From Octopus vulgaris (taxonomy: Eukaryota), in contig OX597815.1 of the NCBI GenBank assembly GCA_951406725.2, forward strand, positions 33,294,001-33,358,000: 64,000 bases of DNA, read 5' to 3'. Below, piece after piece: positions 13,526-27,212 of this stretch. The first letter of the stretch is position 1. Every line of letters begins with the position of its first letter. Position numbers and translations under genes: made by a program. A model generated the notes under the pieces. It ran no database searches. It saw nothing but the letters and a program-made list of their open reading frames with translations, and was not told the origin of the DNA.

Positions 13526-14640
13526 TAATCATCAAAGAAGTGTAATCATCAGTAATGACTAGTGTAATGACCAGTGTAATCATCAGAGACATGATTTTGG
13601 AACAATTTAATGACCGACACTTCTACAATAAGCTAAATAAAAGCGAAGATAAAAATACCATGAACCAACTAAACCGACTCGTCTCAAAACATCGAAATAA
13701 TCTAACGGAGAATGAGGTCAATTATTTAATCATCTTCGAAGTAAAGACCAGTAACTTTTATGAACTACCTAAAATCCATAAATTGAAAAAAAATTCAAGA
13801 CAACATAAAAGGAAAAAAATGCAGCATATATCGAAATTCCCAAACCTAAAGACTTGAAACTACGTCCAATCATTGCAGGACCAACATCGGATATACAACG
13901 CCTAAGCAATCTAATTGATATAATTTTAAAACATTTTATGCAAAACGGGGCCAAGTTTTGTCTGGAGTGATATAGACTTTTTAAATTACATGCTTGAAAG
14001 TACATCAGGAGAAATTCTCGCTAATTTTGATGTAACTAGTATATGTTTTCTTCAGTGTTTTTTTTTTCAACTAGTATATACATCAACGCACCACGCGGTC
14101 TTAGAATTGACAAAACGCCCAAACCACATCAAGGAAAGATTCTGAAATAATTTTATTTTAGAAGGATTGAAATTAATACTTTAAAACAAACACTTCTTCT
14201 TCGACAATAACTTTTTAATTGCAAATAATATGAATGGATATGACGACAAAAGTAGCCCCTACTTACACACAACTCGTAATGGGTTTCTTAGAGGACAAAC
14301 TCTACTCTCAACTACCAGAAATGTTTAACTAACAATTCCTCATTTACATAAAGAACAACTGAAAACGATATTTAGAGGACTGCTTCATATTTAGGGGCAA
14401 AAATTTAAAAAGACTTAGAAATCTTTCATTCACTTTTAAATAATCTACATGTCTCGTTAAATTTACTATAGAATGATACACGAAGGATCTACCATTTTTT
14501 AACATACTTCTTATTAAGATGACTATTAAAACAGCTTTTCTATAAACCCAGAGACACAGAGCAATACTTGAATTTTCATTCTTCTCATCATTCACATAAA
14601 AAAGAAACATACCCTTTAATATGACAAAACAAGTTTGCCA
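13526..14640 (+). mobile_element. Penelope-like element reverse transcriptase remnant
   Basis: FYELPKIHK, LRPIIAGP, FDVTS, VAPTYTQLVMGFLE, RYLED (RYIDD), KRNIPF; many stops. Confidence 0.85.
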
Positions 14641-14678
14641 GATATCGTCTTTATTCCTAAATAACAAGAACATTAATA

Positions 14679-14812
14679 ATGGATTGTTATTTAAAGATGA
14701 AAACTGCTGTGATCGTGCGAATGTTGATGAGTTGTTTGACTATGAAAGTTGTTAAGTTGGAAGAGGAACAGATGGGAAATGTTTACAAAGCCAAACGGAA
14801 AAACAGGTGAGT
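14679..14812 (+). pseudogene. CDK8: CDK8/CDK19-like first coding exon fragment with intact splice donor
   Basis: MDCYLKMKTA [-1] DRANVDELFDYESC*VGRGTDG [+1] NVYKAKRKN aligns to CDK8 [41 protein letters not shown]; 128 bp from ATG (14679) to AG|GTGAGT (GT at 14807). Confidence 0.85.
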
Positions 14813-14835
14813 CTCTCTCTCCCTCTCTATCTTTC

Positions 14836-14950
<115 letters not shown>

Positions 14951-15477
14951 CACACACTCACACATTCTTTCAGTCTTATTATACATCCAGTAAATACGTT
15001 TCGCTAATTATACATACATATATACAAATATAAGTAGAGGACAAAATTGGTAACTGGGGCAAAATGAGTAATTTCTGATTTCTCGTTATTTTATCGTTAT
15101 TTGTTTAAAACCATTACATTAGAAATATTGCATCATCATTTTGTTCTGTTGTGTCGTCTTTGAGAGTAAAATTTGCTCAGCATAGTTGCCGTTTGAATCG
15201 TGGTCAAGTGACAGGCACTTTTTTCAAGAAATTTTCCCTCAACTTAGATCCGATTGTAAATGAGATTGCTAACAAAATATATGGACAATTTTTGATGTTT
15301 AACTACTAGTATTCTTTTTTCAATTGTATCTCAAGTCAATTTCTCCCTACACTAATGTTTAATTTGATAATTTTCAATTTTCAAAAGATTATGTCTAAAA
15401 TTACTCAATGAGGGGCACTCAACTTAGCTAATCATCAAGCCAAGAATATCTAGATTAAGTAATGGTTACATTCTCTC

Positions 15478-15876
15478 TCTTTTCTCTTTTACTTGTTTCA
15501 GTCATTTGACTGCGGCCATGCTGGAGCACCACCTTTAATCGAGCAACTCGACCCCGGGACTTATTCTTTGTAAGCCCAGTACTTATTCTATCGGTCTCTT
15601 TTTTGCCGAACCGCTAAGTGACGGGGACGTAAACACACCAGCATCGGTTGTCAAGCGATGCTAGGGGGACAAACACAGACACACAAACACACACATATAT
15701 ATATATACATATATACGACAGGCTTCTTTCAGTTTCCGTCTACCAAATCCACTCACAAGGCATTGGTCGGCCCGGGGCTATAGCAGAAGACACTTGCCCA
15801 AGATGCCACGCAGTGGGACTGAACCCGGAACCATGTGGTTGGTTAGCAAGCTACTTACCACACAGCCACTCCTGCT
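15478..15876 (-). mobile_element. SINE family B, near full length
   Basis: Reverse complement of 44695-45103. Confidence 0.88.
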
Positions 15877-16310
15877 TTGAATTTCTATGTTAACTCACCG
15901 TAGATATGAGATGAAATGCGAAACCGGAAGAACAGAATAAAAAACAAATCTTTGAAGAAATAGAATGTCCAAGAAGTTAGAAAGGGAAAGATAAAGTCAA
16001 ATATGTGGGAGCCGTATAGAGTTGATAGGAATGAAGAAAAGGAGGGGGAAGAAAGATGACGGAAACAGGAACAAATAGTTACTGTCCTTAAAGAGAAAGA
16101 ATGGTTGTTATAAATATTTCACTGAGGTGGGTGAGAATAAAGACTAGCTAACCCCAACGTATTGATTTCTTTGTGGATAGTTTAGCGCTGGTATTGCTGG
16201 CCGTTGATCTACGTCACAGCACACATACACAGTCGGTCACCCACGCACACACATACATACATATATGCATATAAAATGTTAGCACCATATTCATATATAT
16301 ATATATATAT

Positions 16311-16596
16311 AATTGCCAACCAAGTGTGGCGTCCTATACAGGACAGTGCTACTGACGTTTATAGCACCACGAAGACATATCTTCCATCTGGCTAACGACA
16401 CACATTCTGCGTCCGATTTGTATTTGCGAAGGGAAGTCATCGTTCCCATCTCTAGTCTTACGAGATACACATTGACTCGAGTTTCTGAATCGTTACCCGT
16501 CCTCAGCGTGTGTTAATCTTCCATCTGAAAGAGATGTCTTCCTGGGGCTATCCTGTAGCACTGTCCTGTATAGGACGCCACATTTGGTTGGCAATT
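16311..16596. mobile_element. MITE with 42-bp near-perfect TIRs
   Basis: aattgccaaccaagtgtggcgtcctatacaggacagtgctac (16311-16352) versus its reverse complement at 16555-16596, one mismatch. Confidence 0.85.
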
Positions 16597-16663
16597 ATAT
16601 GTTACGATTCTGCATTGCTACTGTTTATATTTCGCTCAGAGATTTAATATAGCGTGTATATAA

Positions 16664-16703
<40 letters not shown>

Positions 16704-16985
16704 TAATTATCGACCCCACATAACCAGTTCGCTGCGGTACAGGTAATTTAACACCCAGTGCTATGTGGGAGTTGTCTTGAAATGAAGGCATGTATCAATG
16801 TTAGTGTTAAGCTCTCTGAACACCAGCTCTGAGGCGTTCCTAACAAGACTAAAATGTCATATCTATACTACTTGAAGAAAACAATCAAGCAATGTGATTG
16901 CTGGAAATATGCTTGTACATACATACATACATACATACATACATACATACATACATACATACATACATACATACATACATACATA

Positions 16986-17476
16986 ATTGTGTATAGTTGT
17001 TAAAATTAGCTGCCAAGAGTATATTAACATAAAGCTAAAGATCAGCGACAAAGGAAATACCTACGTTGAACGATTGAGGAATCTACAGCTACTCTATCCA
17101 GATTACATGTTCAGGCTTATACCAGTAATTATTGGAGAACTGGGATATGTAACACACTGCCTAAATATCAATCTTTAGAAATTAGGCTTCTCGAAACCAG
17201 AAAGGAGAAAGCTGATTCGAAGACCACAAATCCAGTCTATCACTGGTACTATAAAAATCTGTAAAACTTTCCAGAAGCTTATCATCTAAGTCTAGATATG
17301 CAAATATATGCATGAGAAGACATACATAAAACAAAACACACAAATCTGCACATATACATGCATACAAAAATACCCTGTTCTTGATGTTGAAATTCCAACG
17401 AAGGAGCCTTGGGTCTAGGTTAGAAACCGAGACTTTCTCTATTAGAAAGGAACTTTGAAATAAACTGAATAAAGAC
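16986..17476 (+). mobile_element. R4/Dong-clade non-LTR retrotransposon 3' end (restriction-like endonuclease + UTR)
   Basis: CIVVKISC...NIKLK...Y...IPVIIGELGYV...IQSITGTIKICKTF; embedded between (CATA)n tracts. Confidence 0.72.
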
Positions 17477-17837
<361 letters not shown>

Positions 17838-18749
17838 CTGACTGCCTTTTGCGACTCGCGGTTCTACTTTGATGAATGTGACTGCTCAAGTAATAAAAAT
17901 TCGTGTTAAGAATGCTTTGTGCTGTTCTGTCATTTTCCTTACTGCTGATTAATTAATAATTAAGAATTAGTAATTTCGTATATGAATACCTATATACGAT
18001 CAGTTAACAAACATTTTTGAATAAGAACACAATTTTTCTTTTTTTCTTTTTTCTTCTTCCTCTTTCTCGTTTTCCTTTGTTATTGATCATTTAAAAATGT
18101 CTGGTAATATTTTTTTGCTTAATAAGGAACTCAGCAATACTTGAATATGTTCAAACTCTGTTTGTTTCAGTTCCCCACGTTATACAGCCTAACATTTTCA
18201 TTTCTTTTTTTAATTTCTTCGGAAATTAAGGGTCAAAGAACTTTCCTGAGAATGGTGGGTATTTCTTCTCTGAAGACCTACTGTTCAGCTCTCTTGAGAT
18301 TTTCTTGCCAATGAAGAAACGTGGTTGAACTATGTAAGAAATCAATACATAAAGAAAATGAATGCACAAACGAAACAAATGATTGTTCAGATAGTATAAA
18401 AAGCAAATTGTAAGAACCGGGGGAAATAGGTTCCTTTTGGGCAGTGTACTTCACGCGTCTTGCTATGAATCCTAAAAGAAAAGAGGGCGAGAGAGATAGA
18501 AAGAGGGGAGATTTAGTAGGTACGAAAATTAATAGGTACTGTACGGTTAGATTTTTGAATATCAAAGATTTTTATTAATGAGTTCTTCCTTACTTGTATC
18601 AATAAAAGATATAAATCTAAAGGGAAATATTCTTTTACGAGATCACCTTTTTTGTCTGCATTTATTTTACTCCCAGGATTCTTTCCCATGTTTACACTTT
18701 TTCTGATTTTCCATCAACACGAAACCACGAATATTTGGAGTTTGGGGAT

Positions 18750-19032
18750 CTCTCTCTCACTCTTTCTCTCTCTCTCTCTCTTTCCCTCTCTCTCTCTCTC
18801 TCTTTCTCTCTTTCTCTCTCTCTTTCTCTTTCTCTCTCTCTCTCTCTCTTTCTCTCTCTTACATTCCATATTTCGTAAACACACACAGCACGCATACACA
18901 CAGACACATGTGCACACGCATACTCACATACACACACGCACACACACACACACAACACGCAGATATACATTTCTACATCTATTTATATAGTGGGTACGGG
19001 TCTGTAGGTGTGCATGCTTGCATGTATGTATG

Positions 19033-19063
<31 letters not shown>

Positions 19064-19719
19064 GTATGTATGTATATATGTATGTATGCATGTATGTATG
19101 TATGTATGTATGTATGTATGTATGTATGTATGTATGTATGTATGTATGTAGAGAAGAAAATAAGACCCTCTGAATTACTTACCTCTCTAAGGAGCACATG
19201 AACGAGGTAAATAAAGAGAAATGTTTCAAGCGCAAATTTGAAACCGAAAAGCACGCTTGACTCTGATTTTTTTCCATCCCACGGCAATTCTCACCATCAG
19301 TAACAAAAATGCATTTTTTCTCCATTAAGCAGAAAGCTCGATTTCTACAAATCAATTCAATATATTACTGGTAGCTATTTATCAACGCCGGTGTAGAAAA
19401 TCAAATTCGAGGGGAACCAAATTAATTAAATATCCAATCTTACTGTATACAGAAAGAGATGGGTAAGTAATTCATCATATCAACACAACTAGAGCGAAAA
19501 TAATAGAACATTAGGAGTGATTGACAGTTTGCATTATGAACAATACTTATCGGCTATACATTCCTTTCAAATTGTTTATATTTGTTAAATAATACTTTTG
19601 AAAGCTATCAACTGTTTTGACACAGCTTCAGCATATTTCATAAAGTGTTACAAAGGTTTCACTATCTGAAATAGATTTCATAACTCTAGCTCCGCTATTA
19701 TATATATACATACATACAT

Positions 19720-19776
<57 letters not shown>

Positions 19777-19973
19777 ATAGAAATGGCAAGACAATAAAAG
19801 AATGAAAGAGACCTCGACATTATGTAAATAGAGAAATTTCTCTGTAAATATAATATGTGGCAATTATTCGGTAACCATGATAAAACTCCGAGTTTCGGAT
19901 GTTGGGGCGGAAGCCCACGACGGCATCTCTTCAATTATCGGACCATCGAAAAAATGCTTCGTTGGGCATGATA

Positions 19974-20052
<79 letters not shown>

Positions 20053-20269
20053 GTATATATATATATATGTATATATATATGTATGTATGTATATGTATAT
20101 ATGTATATATATATATATATATTATGTATATATATGTATATTTATATTGTATAGAGGGCATTATTACACATAAATGCCTCACGCTAAGAGGGACATAAGT
20201 CATTACTACCAAAAATGACCTGATAATTTCTTGTTAAGATTCCTTATTAAGAAGTTATCCTTAATTGTT

Positions 20270-20312
<43 letters not shown>

Positions 20313-20317
20313 GTATG

Positions 20318-20386
<69 letters not shown>

Positions 20387-21153
20387 TATATATATATTGA
20401 CTGATTTTGGTTTGACGTTGATGTCGTTGTATAGGGAGAAACGGCTGATAATTGTAAAATATTGTCGTTGCTCGCAAGCAGTATTTCCTGTACGGATGAA
20501 AGTTTGACAAGTATATTGATGTGATGCATTTTCTATATCACCAGTGACACTTTTATCATCCCGATATAGCTTCACCTAAATGAAAATGACTGAGAAATGC
20601 TATTTTAGATATCAAAGCTATTTTGGTTTCATTTATTCCAATCAGCTCAAGGATATTAGTTCTCGTTCAGGTGTATAGAAGTATTAATGACATATTGAGG
20701 CCAGTTTAAATAGTCTAAGCCTATCCATGACAAATAATGTTCTTAGGTCTTGAGAAAAAGAAATATATGTACAATAACTAGTGGATAATGCACGCTTCAA
20801 GTAAAACCTTGATTAGCCGAACCACGTTTCTGTTCCACTTCTCTTACCTCATTAATATGTTGAGGTAGGTTTTTACATCTCATAACCGTTTTCCTTCATA
20901 TAGGTTTGAACCATGTGGTTTCGAGTTCAGTCTCAAAGTGCGGCACTTAGGGGCAAGTGCCTACTACTATCGGCTGGAGTCAACTAAAACTTTTTGGGTG
21001 AATTCGGAAGCCCATTGTATGCATACATAGATATATATACATGCATGCATACATAATTATATACATACATACATACATACATACATACATCATACATACA
21101 TACATACATACATACATACATACATACATACATACATACATACATACATACAG

Positions 21154-21215
<62 letters not shown>

Positions 21216-21275
21216 GTAAGATAGATAGATAGACAGGTAGGTAGTAAGTAGGTAGGTAGGTAGGTAGGTAGGTTT
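18750..21275. repeat. Microsatellite-rich block: (CT)n, (TATG)n, several (TA)n, (CATA)n-(GATA)n-(TAGG)n
   Basis: Multiple tracts separated by unique AT-rich sequence; a SINE B fragment at ~20910-21020. Confidence 0.9.
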
Positions 21276-21785
21276 TTTTTGTCTATGTGTATGTATATAT
21301 GTATGTGTGTATGACTTCACGTTTGTTTCTCCGCGCCGCTTGACAACAGAGGTTAGTTTACGTCCTCATAACATTACGATTAGCAAAAGACACCAATTGA
21401 ATACGTATCAGTCTTAAAAAAAAAGTACTAGGGTCGACTCGCTCGACTAATACCCTTCTGGGTGATTCCCTGGCATGGCTGCAGTCCAATGACTGAAACA
21501 AAAGAAAAGATAATATATCATTAACTGCACAATGTACAATCAACCAGTGGACAGCCATCGAGATGTTTTCATAATATATTTTTTTATTTGTCTTTAACAA
21601 ATCAACTTTTCTCAATTATCTTGATATTCATGAAGCGATAAGCTTTTTCAGTAAATTCTTCCGCAGCAAATAATAGCGCGGGAAAACGATTCTGTAGTTT
21701 GTGTATCAAATAGGATGAATGTAAAACTTCATATTTACAGCCCACGGGGTATTGAGCAAAAAGAAACTCATTCTACTGGTTCGCC

Positions 21786-22358
21786 CAGGAGTCAGCGAAC
21801 AGGGATAAATTACCCCAAGTGGGGTAAGAATGAAATTCTTGGGGCTAATGACATTAGAAATAAGTAAAATTATATATAAAAAAAGGACGTATGCCTTATA
21901 AAGACAGAAATTTTTCTTCTGGCACGAAGAGCCAGTCAAAAAGCTGCTGCCTTTTGCAAGAACCTACCTTTGCAAACACGGCTTTTCCACTCTAAAGAAC
22001 ATAAAAACAAAGCAGGGTAATCAATTGAACCCTGAAGATTATATCCAAATTGCTCTGGCACCAAAATGCCCCGATTTTGATGTAACTGTAACAAAAACGA
22101 AACATCATCATTTCTCCAAAACCTGAAGTGAAAAAGTTTCTAGAAAAATCCTTTTTGTTTCATAATGAGGGCATTAATTTAGTTTATCGCATTTGTTTTA
22201 TACTTTTTATATTTATAATTATATTCTCCATATAAATACTCAATAAACCTTTTGAATTCAAAGAGTCTATGATTATCTTCCTTTTAAATCAAAGGGGTAA
22301 CGTCGGTGTAAATAAATATGTTTGTGGGTAATTGGTTAAAAAAGTTTCCCGGCCCCTG
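21786..22358 (+). mobile_element. hAT (Charlie/Buster-type) internally deleted element
   Basis: Termini cagg.../...cctg; degenerate 8-bp TSD ggttcgcc / ggtcagcc; dimerisation motif LLPFARTYLCKHGFSTLKNIKTK. Confidence 0.8.
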
Positions 22359-22534
22359 GGTCAGCCCATAGAACATCTCGTTGATAACATAATATTCCCT
22401 GAAACTCACGGATTAAAACTAAAATGTCTTGGGTGATTCGAGAAATGAAATGTCATGGAATTGTCTCAGACAGTTTGATCAATTCATTAAGTCAATCATG
22501 AATCATATATTGCCCTTGTCTCATTTCCTTCCAT

Positions 22535-23669
22535 GTGACCAGTGTTCGACCAAGCATAATCTTTCTTGGCGTGACTGCTGGCCGCGAAGCATCTCTTATA
22601 TTCCTGTCTCATGACTTTCATCGCTTACATTCATCTCCTATGTTTCTGCCTCAAGGCTTTCACTATACACACGCCAGCTCAATTTGATTCGTCTTTATTA
22701 GTCGAAAGACACCTGTGATTATTTTCATGTCTTTTGTATTTGTAATTGTGTAACATTTCCTCCGTTTTTTTGTCGTGTTTTTTATGTCTTTATTGTCGTA
22801 CTCATTTGCTTGCTTTCTCCCGATGTATTTAATGCTCTTAGCTTAGATTTTTGGGGCCAGCCATATTTGAACAGTCTCAAGTGTAATCGGTCGAAACTGT
22901 AAGGATATTCTGGAAACTTGACTGACGAGGGAAAGCCACGAATGACTCGACCTTGTTTTTCTAGTGTTTTTGTTTTGTTTTTTCCTGTCCGTTTTTGTAT
23001 CGTCTATCTGTCCGGGCGTCTTATTATCATCTATTGCGTTGTTATTTCACATTTTTAATTTATATATACATATAGTGGCGTACGTAAGTATGTATCTTAT
23101 AAGTATGTATCTATATTTTGTACGATTCTTTTACTCTTTCTTTTATTCCCCTTCATACTTTCTTTATACTATCTGCTTTTCTTTTTCTCGCTTTCACATT
23201 TTTTGACTTTCTCTTTCTTTGATCTACCTCCTTTTCCTTGTTTATCTCCCTTTTACCTTTTCTATGTCCCTTCGATTCTCTGTCTTTCTCGTTTTCCCCT
23301 TCATTCTTCTATCCCTCTTCCCCCACCTCTCTCCTTTCCCTCCTCGTAACCGGTGTTCGACCAAGCATAATCTTTCTTTCTTGGCTGACTGCAGGCCGCG
23401 AAGCATCTCTTATATTCCTGTCTCATGAATTCCATCTCTTATGTTCAATTATGTTCCAGCCTCAAGGCTTTCACTCCACACACACCAACTCATTTTGATT
23501 TGAACAGTCTCAAGAGTAACCGGCCGAAACTGTAAGGATAATCTGGAAACTTGACTAACGAGAGAAGACCACGAATGACCCGTCTTTGTTTTCTCCTGTC
23601 CGTCTTTGTATCGTGTATCTTTCCGGATGTTTTATTGTCATCTGTTGCGTTCTTGTTCCATTATTTGAA

Positions 23670-23672
<3 letters not shown>
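22535..23672 (+). repeat. Two tandem copies of an interspersed repeat, possibly a PLE terminal repeat
   Basis: 22535-23060 matches 23350-23672 (second copy has an internal deletion); related piece at ~6975-7150. Confidence 0.7.
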
Positions 23673-23714
<42 letters not shown>

Positions 23715-23767
23715 TTCTATCTTTAAGAGATCAGGAATTATGTACATTGTTTACATTATCTACATTT

Positions 23768-24490
23768 GATCTTCTGTGATGTGATCTTTACAGTGTGGGG
23801 TCGCGAATTGTCCTGATGAAACATCACTCCTTTTCGATTCTTTTCTTCAAAGCTTGGTTCAAACACTCTAATTGCTGACAGTAGACTTGAGCATTGATTC
23901 TTGCACTAGGTGGTTACAATTTAAAGTGAATTACTCCTTTGCAATCCCACTAGATAGAGAAAAGAACCTTTTTTCCATGAAGTTCCCTTCTCCGTTGTGG
24001 TTGAGCTTTTTCCTTTTTACCAAGCCACTGTTTACGACGTTTAACATTTGCCAATTCTTCAACTTATAATGCAGGGTTTTCTTCGAGTAATGCCTCAATG
24101 AGCTTATCATCAAACACAACTGGACGTCCTGTTCGATCTTCATCTTCGAGGATGAAATCTCCACTTCTGAATTTTGCAAATATTCTTCTGAAAGTTCTTT
24201 CATTCAAGCATTCTTTCCTATAAACTGTGTGTATGTTTCGAGTCGCTTCGGCTGCAGAGTTTCCTTTTCTGTACTCTTTTTTTTTTGTACTCATAAAGGA
24301 TTATGTGCCTTAAATGCTCTTTGGATACTTTCATGTTAGAAAGGGTTTTAAACAAAGAAATTTTAATTCTATTATTCTGTAAAATAATATTTAATTAGTT
24401 TAAATATACACAAATGCATAAAAATAATTTTTAATTCCTGTAGACATTCTAAAATACTATTAAATTTCATTCAATTTTAGAAAAGGTAAA
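23768..24490 (-). mobile_element. Mariner fragment, same family as 50445-51701
   Basis: MKVSKEHLRH...FAKFRSGDFILEDEDRTGRPVVFDD, FHQDNSRPH. Confidence 0.85.
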
Positions 24491-25162
24491 AAAAAAACGA
24501 AGAAAAAACAACACGAGGACGTGGTACCTGCAAAGTATTAAATGACACTCGGGAAAAGAAAGAAAGGGTGCTTAGGTGGAAAGAAAACGGGATAGAAGAG
24601 AGTGGAGTTGCTAGAGGAAGGAAGGGAAGTCAGGCATGGTAAGAGCGTGTTAATGTCGGTGTAGGTGTGTGTGATAGCAAGGAAAAGGAAAAGAAAAAGA
24701 GGAAAAAAGGAAAGTGGAAACAGAACAAAAGATAAGTCGAGGGAAGATGAGTTAAAGAGGAAGAGTCACAGACAAATTGTAATAATTCACAATCAAGGTG
24801 CAGAAATGACGTACTCCGAATGAATAAGGTAATGTAATCCGATGGTAGAAAGAATTCCGCAAATTAGGTCATCCAAAACCAGTCGGAAGGACGGGGGCCC
24901 GTGTGAGCGTGCGGTAAATAGTTAATCAAAGGGGAAAATATGATAAACACAAACGCAATTTATAGCGTTTGTACATGTTTACCAGTAGCAGTCGTACATC
25001 TAAAGGAACATATTGGAAAAACTATGTATGTATGTATGTATGTATGTATGTATGTATGTATGTATGTATGTATCTATGTATGTATGTATGTAGGTAGGTA
25101 GGTAGGTAGGTAGGTAGGTAGGTAGGTAAAGAGGTAGGTAGGGAGGTAGGTATGTAGGTAGA

Positions 25163-25391
25163 AGGCGGCGAGCTGGCAGAAACGTTAGCACGCCAGGCGA
25201 AATGCCTAGCCGCATTTCGTCTGCGTTACGTTCTGAGTTCAAATTCCGCCGAGGTCGACTTTGCCGTTCATCCTTTCGGGGTCGATTAAATAAGTACCAG
25301 TTACGCACTGGGGTCGATATAATCGACTTAATCCGTTTGTCTGTCCTTCTTTGTCCCCTCTGTGTTTAGCCCCTTGTGGGTAGTAAAGAAA
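25163..25391 (+). mobile_element. SINE family A, full length, inside a (TAGG)n microsatellite
   Basis: 16-bp TSD taggtatgtaggtaga at 25147-25162 and 25392-25407. Confidence 0.88.
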
Positions 25392-25474
25392 TAGGTATGT
25401 AGGTAGATAGGTAGGTAGGTATGTAGGTAGTTAGATATGTAGGTAGGTAGGTAGGTAGGTAGGTAGGTAGGTAA

Positions 25475-25600
25475 GTCATTATTCAGTTTTATTTCAAGAT
25501 ATCTTGCAATAGAGAAAGAACTGGTTTCTAACCTAGATCCAAGGCTCCTTCATTGGGTTTTCAACAACATCTGCAGGGTATTTTTGTATGTATGTATGTA
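25475..25600 (-). mobile_element. R4/Dong-family 3' UTR fragment
   Basis: Reverse complement matches ~17360-17472. Confidence 0.7.
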
Positions 25601-26415
25601 TGAAATCTTTCCTTTATCATGGGCAATATTTTTTTGTGGAGATGGAGCCTTGCATACATTCACCAGACTCTGGGATGCACGATTCATATGAAAGCTTAAA
25701 AGCGCACACACGCACGTGCATGCACACATACACATGCGTGCGCGCATAAATAATAACCATAATGAGTAAAAATTGCAAAATTTGCAAAAAGATTTATTCA
25801 AGTCGTTTATTAAACATTACCATTATAAAACTTTAAAACCTTTAATAATATGGCATTTATTCTAACTAACTCAGCTGAATTCATTGTCCACGAAAAAGTG
25901 AAGCTTAATTGTAAGCAACATGTCAAAAATTTATACTAATATAAATTCGAAAATAATTGGATTAAGAACAATAGAAAAAATATAATAACGTATAGAAATA
26001 TAAATATACCTTCAGATACAATTATGTAATTGAAGGTATATCGAAATTAATTTTATTGTGATAAAAGCACAATTAATATTCAAGAATAACAATCGATTTA
26101 AAATTATTAAAAAAAATTACAATTAATTTTCAGCCTCTTTTAAATTTTTACATGAGAATATACATGAGAATAGAAAATTCATCTACAAATTATATGTTAA
26201 AACGAAACACTATTGAATTGAAAATTAAACGAATTAAATAGCTAAGAGACATATAACTAACAAAATATTCTTCACCACAATATTCAAGAAGTTACTAAGA
26301 TTAGAAAGAAATATCCATGTAATTTAGAATTGAAAATATATAATATTTATCAACTCTTTTTAACAGAATGAAAACGGGAGCCACAAGCTAATTCATTTGT
26401 AAAAACATTTAAGCG

Positions 26416-26497
<82 letters not shown>

Positions 26498-27212
26498 AGA
26501 TAAGAAAATAGAGAAATACATCTAAATCAAATATCAATTACCAGATAATACTCAATCACACACTTTATTAAACCATATATTTATATATATATATACAGCA
26601 TTAAGTGATGTGTGTATGTGAGTGTGTGTGTGTTCGTGTGTATGTGTGTGTGTGTGTCAACAGTGAAATATCGTGATTTAAAATAAATGAACAAATCAAT
26701 ATGCACAAAGTCGTAGGTATGTGTATGTGGATAAGAAGTTCCCTTCGCGTCCATAAGGTTTCACGTTCCATTCTATTGTGTCGTATCTTGGGAAAGTGCC
26801 TTCTGCTGTATTCTTCATTGCCAAGTACTTTGTGAGTGAAATTTGGTGGACGAAATGCTAGATTGAAATGTATTCTGATATTGATATTAAAGGCTAAGAA
26901 AGAGTTGCAGTCCAATGAACAAGTTGAAAAGAACATGTATCAGCTTGAAAGAGGGAAGATAGCCCTACACCCAGTTGGTTCTTATTTTCAGCCGGGTAGA
27001 CTCGAGCAAAGTGAAATGAAGTGCTTTACTCAAGGACACAACACCCTGCCTTGTTCAGTATTCGAATTCACGACCTTATATATATACCTTAGCATCTAAG
27101 TTACTTGACAAAATAATTATACCAACTAATGGCATTTGATGAACGCAAAAGAATAGGCGATTTTGATATTTTTTCTGGAATATGATGAGTTTAATTTTTT
27201 TTTTTTTTTTTT

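Noticed and set aside
22918-22956. Hammerhead motif CTGACGA...GAAT
   Set aside because: Stem II and III pairing is poor and GAAA is not conserved; sister copies at ~7063 and ~23553 are also non-canonical
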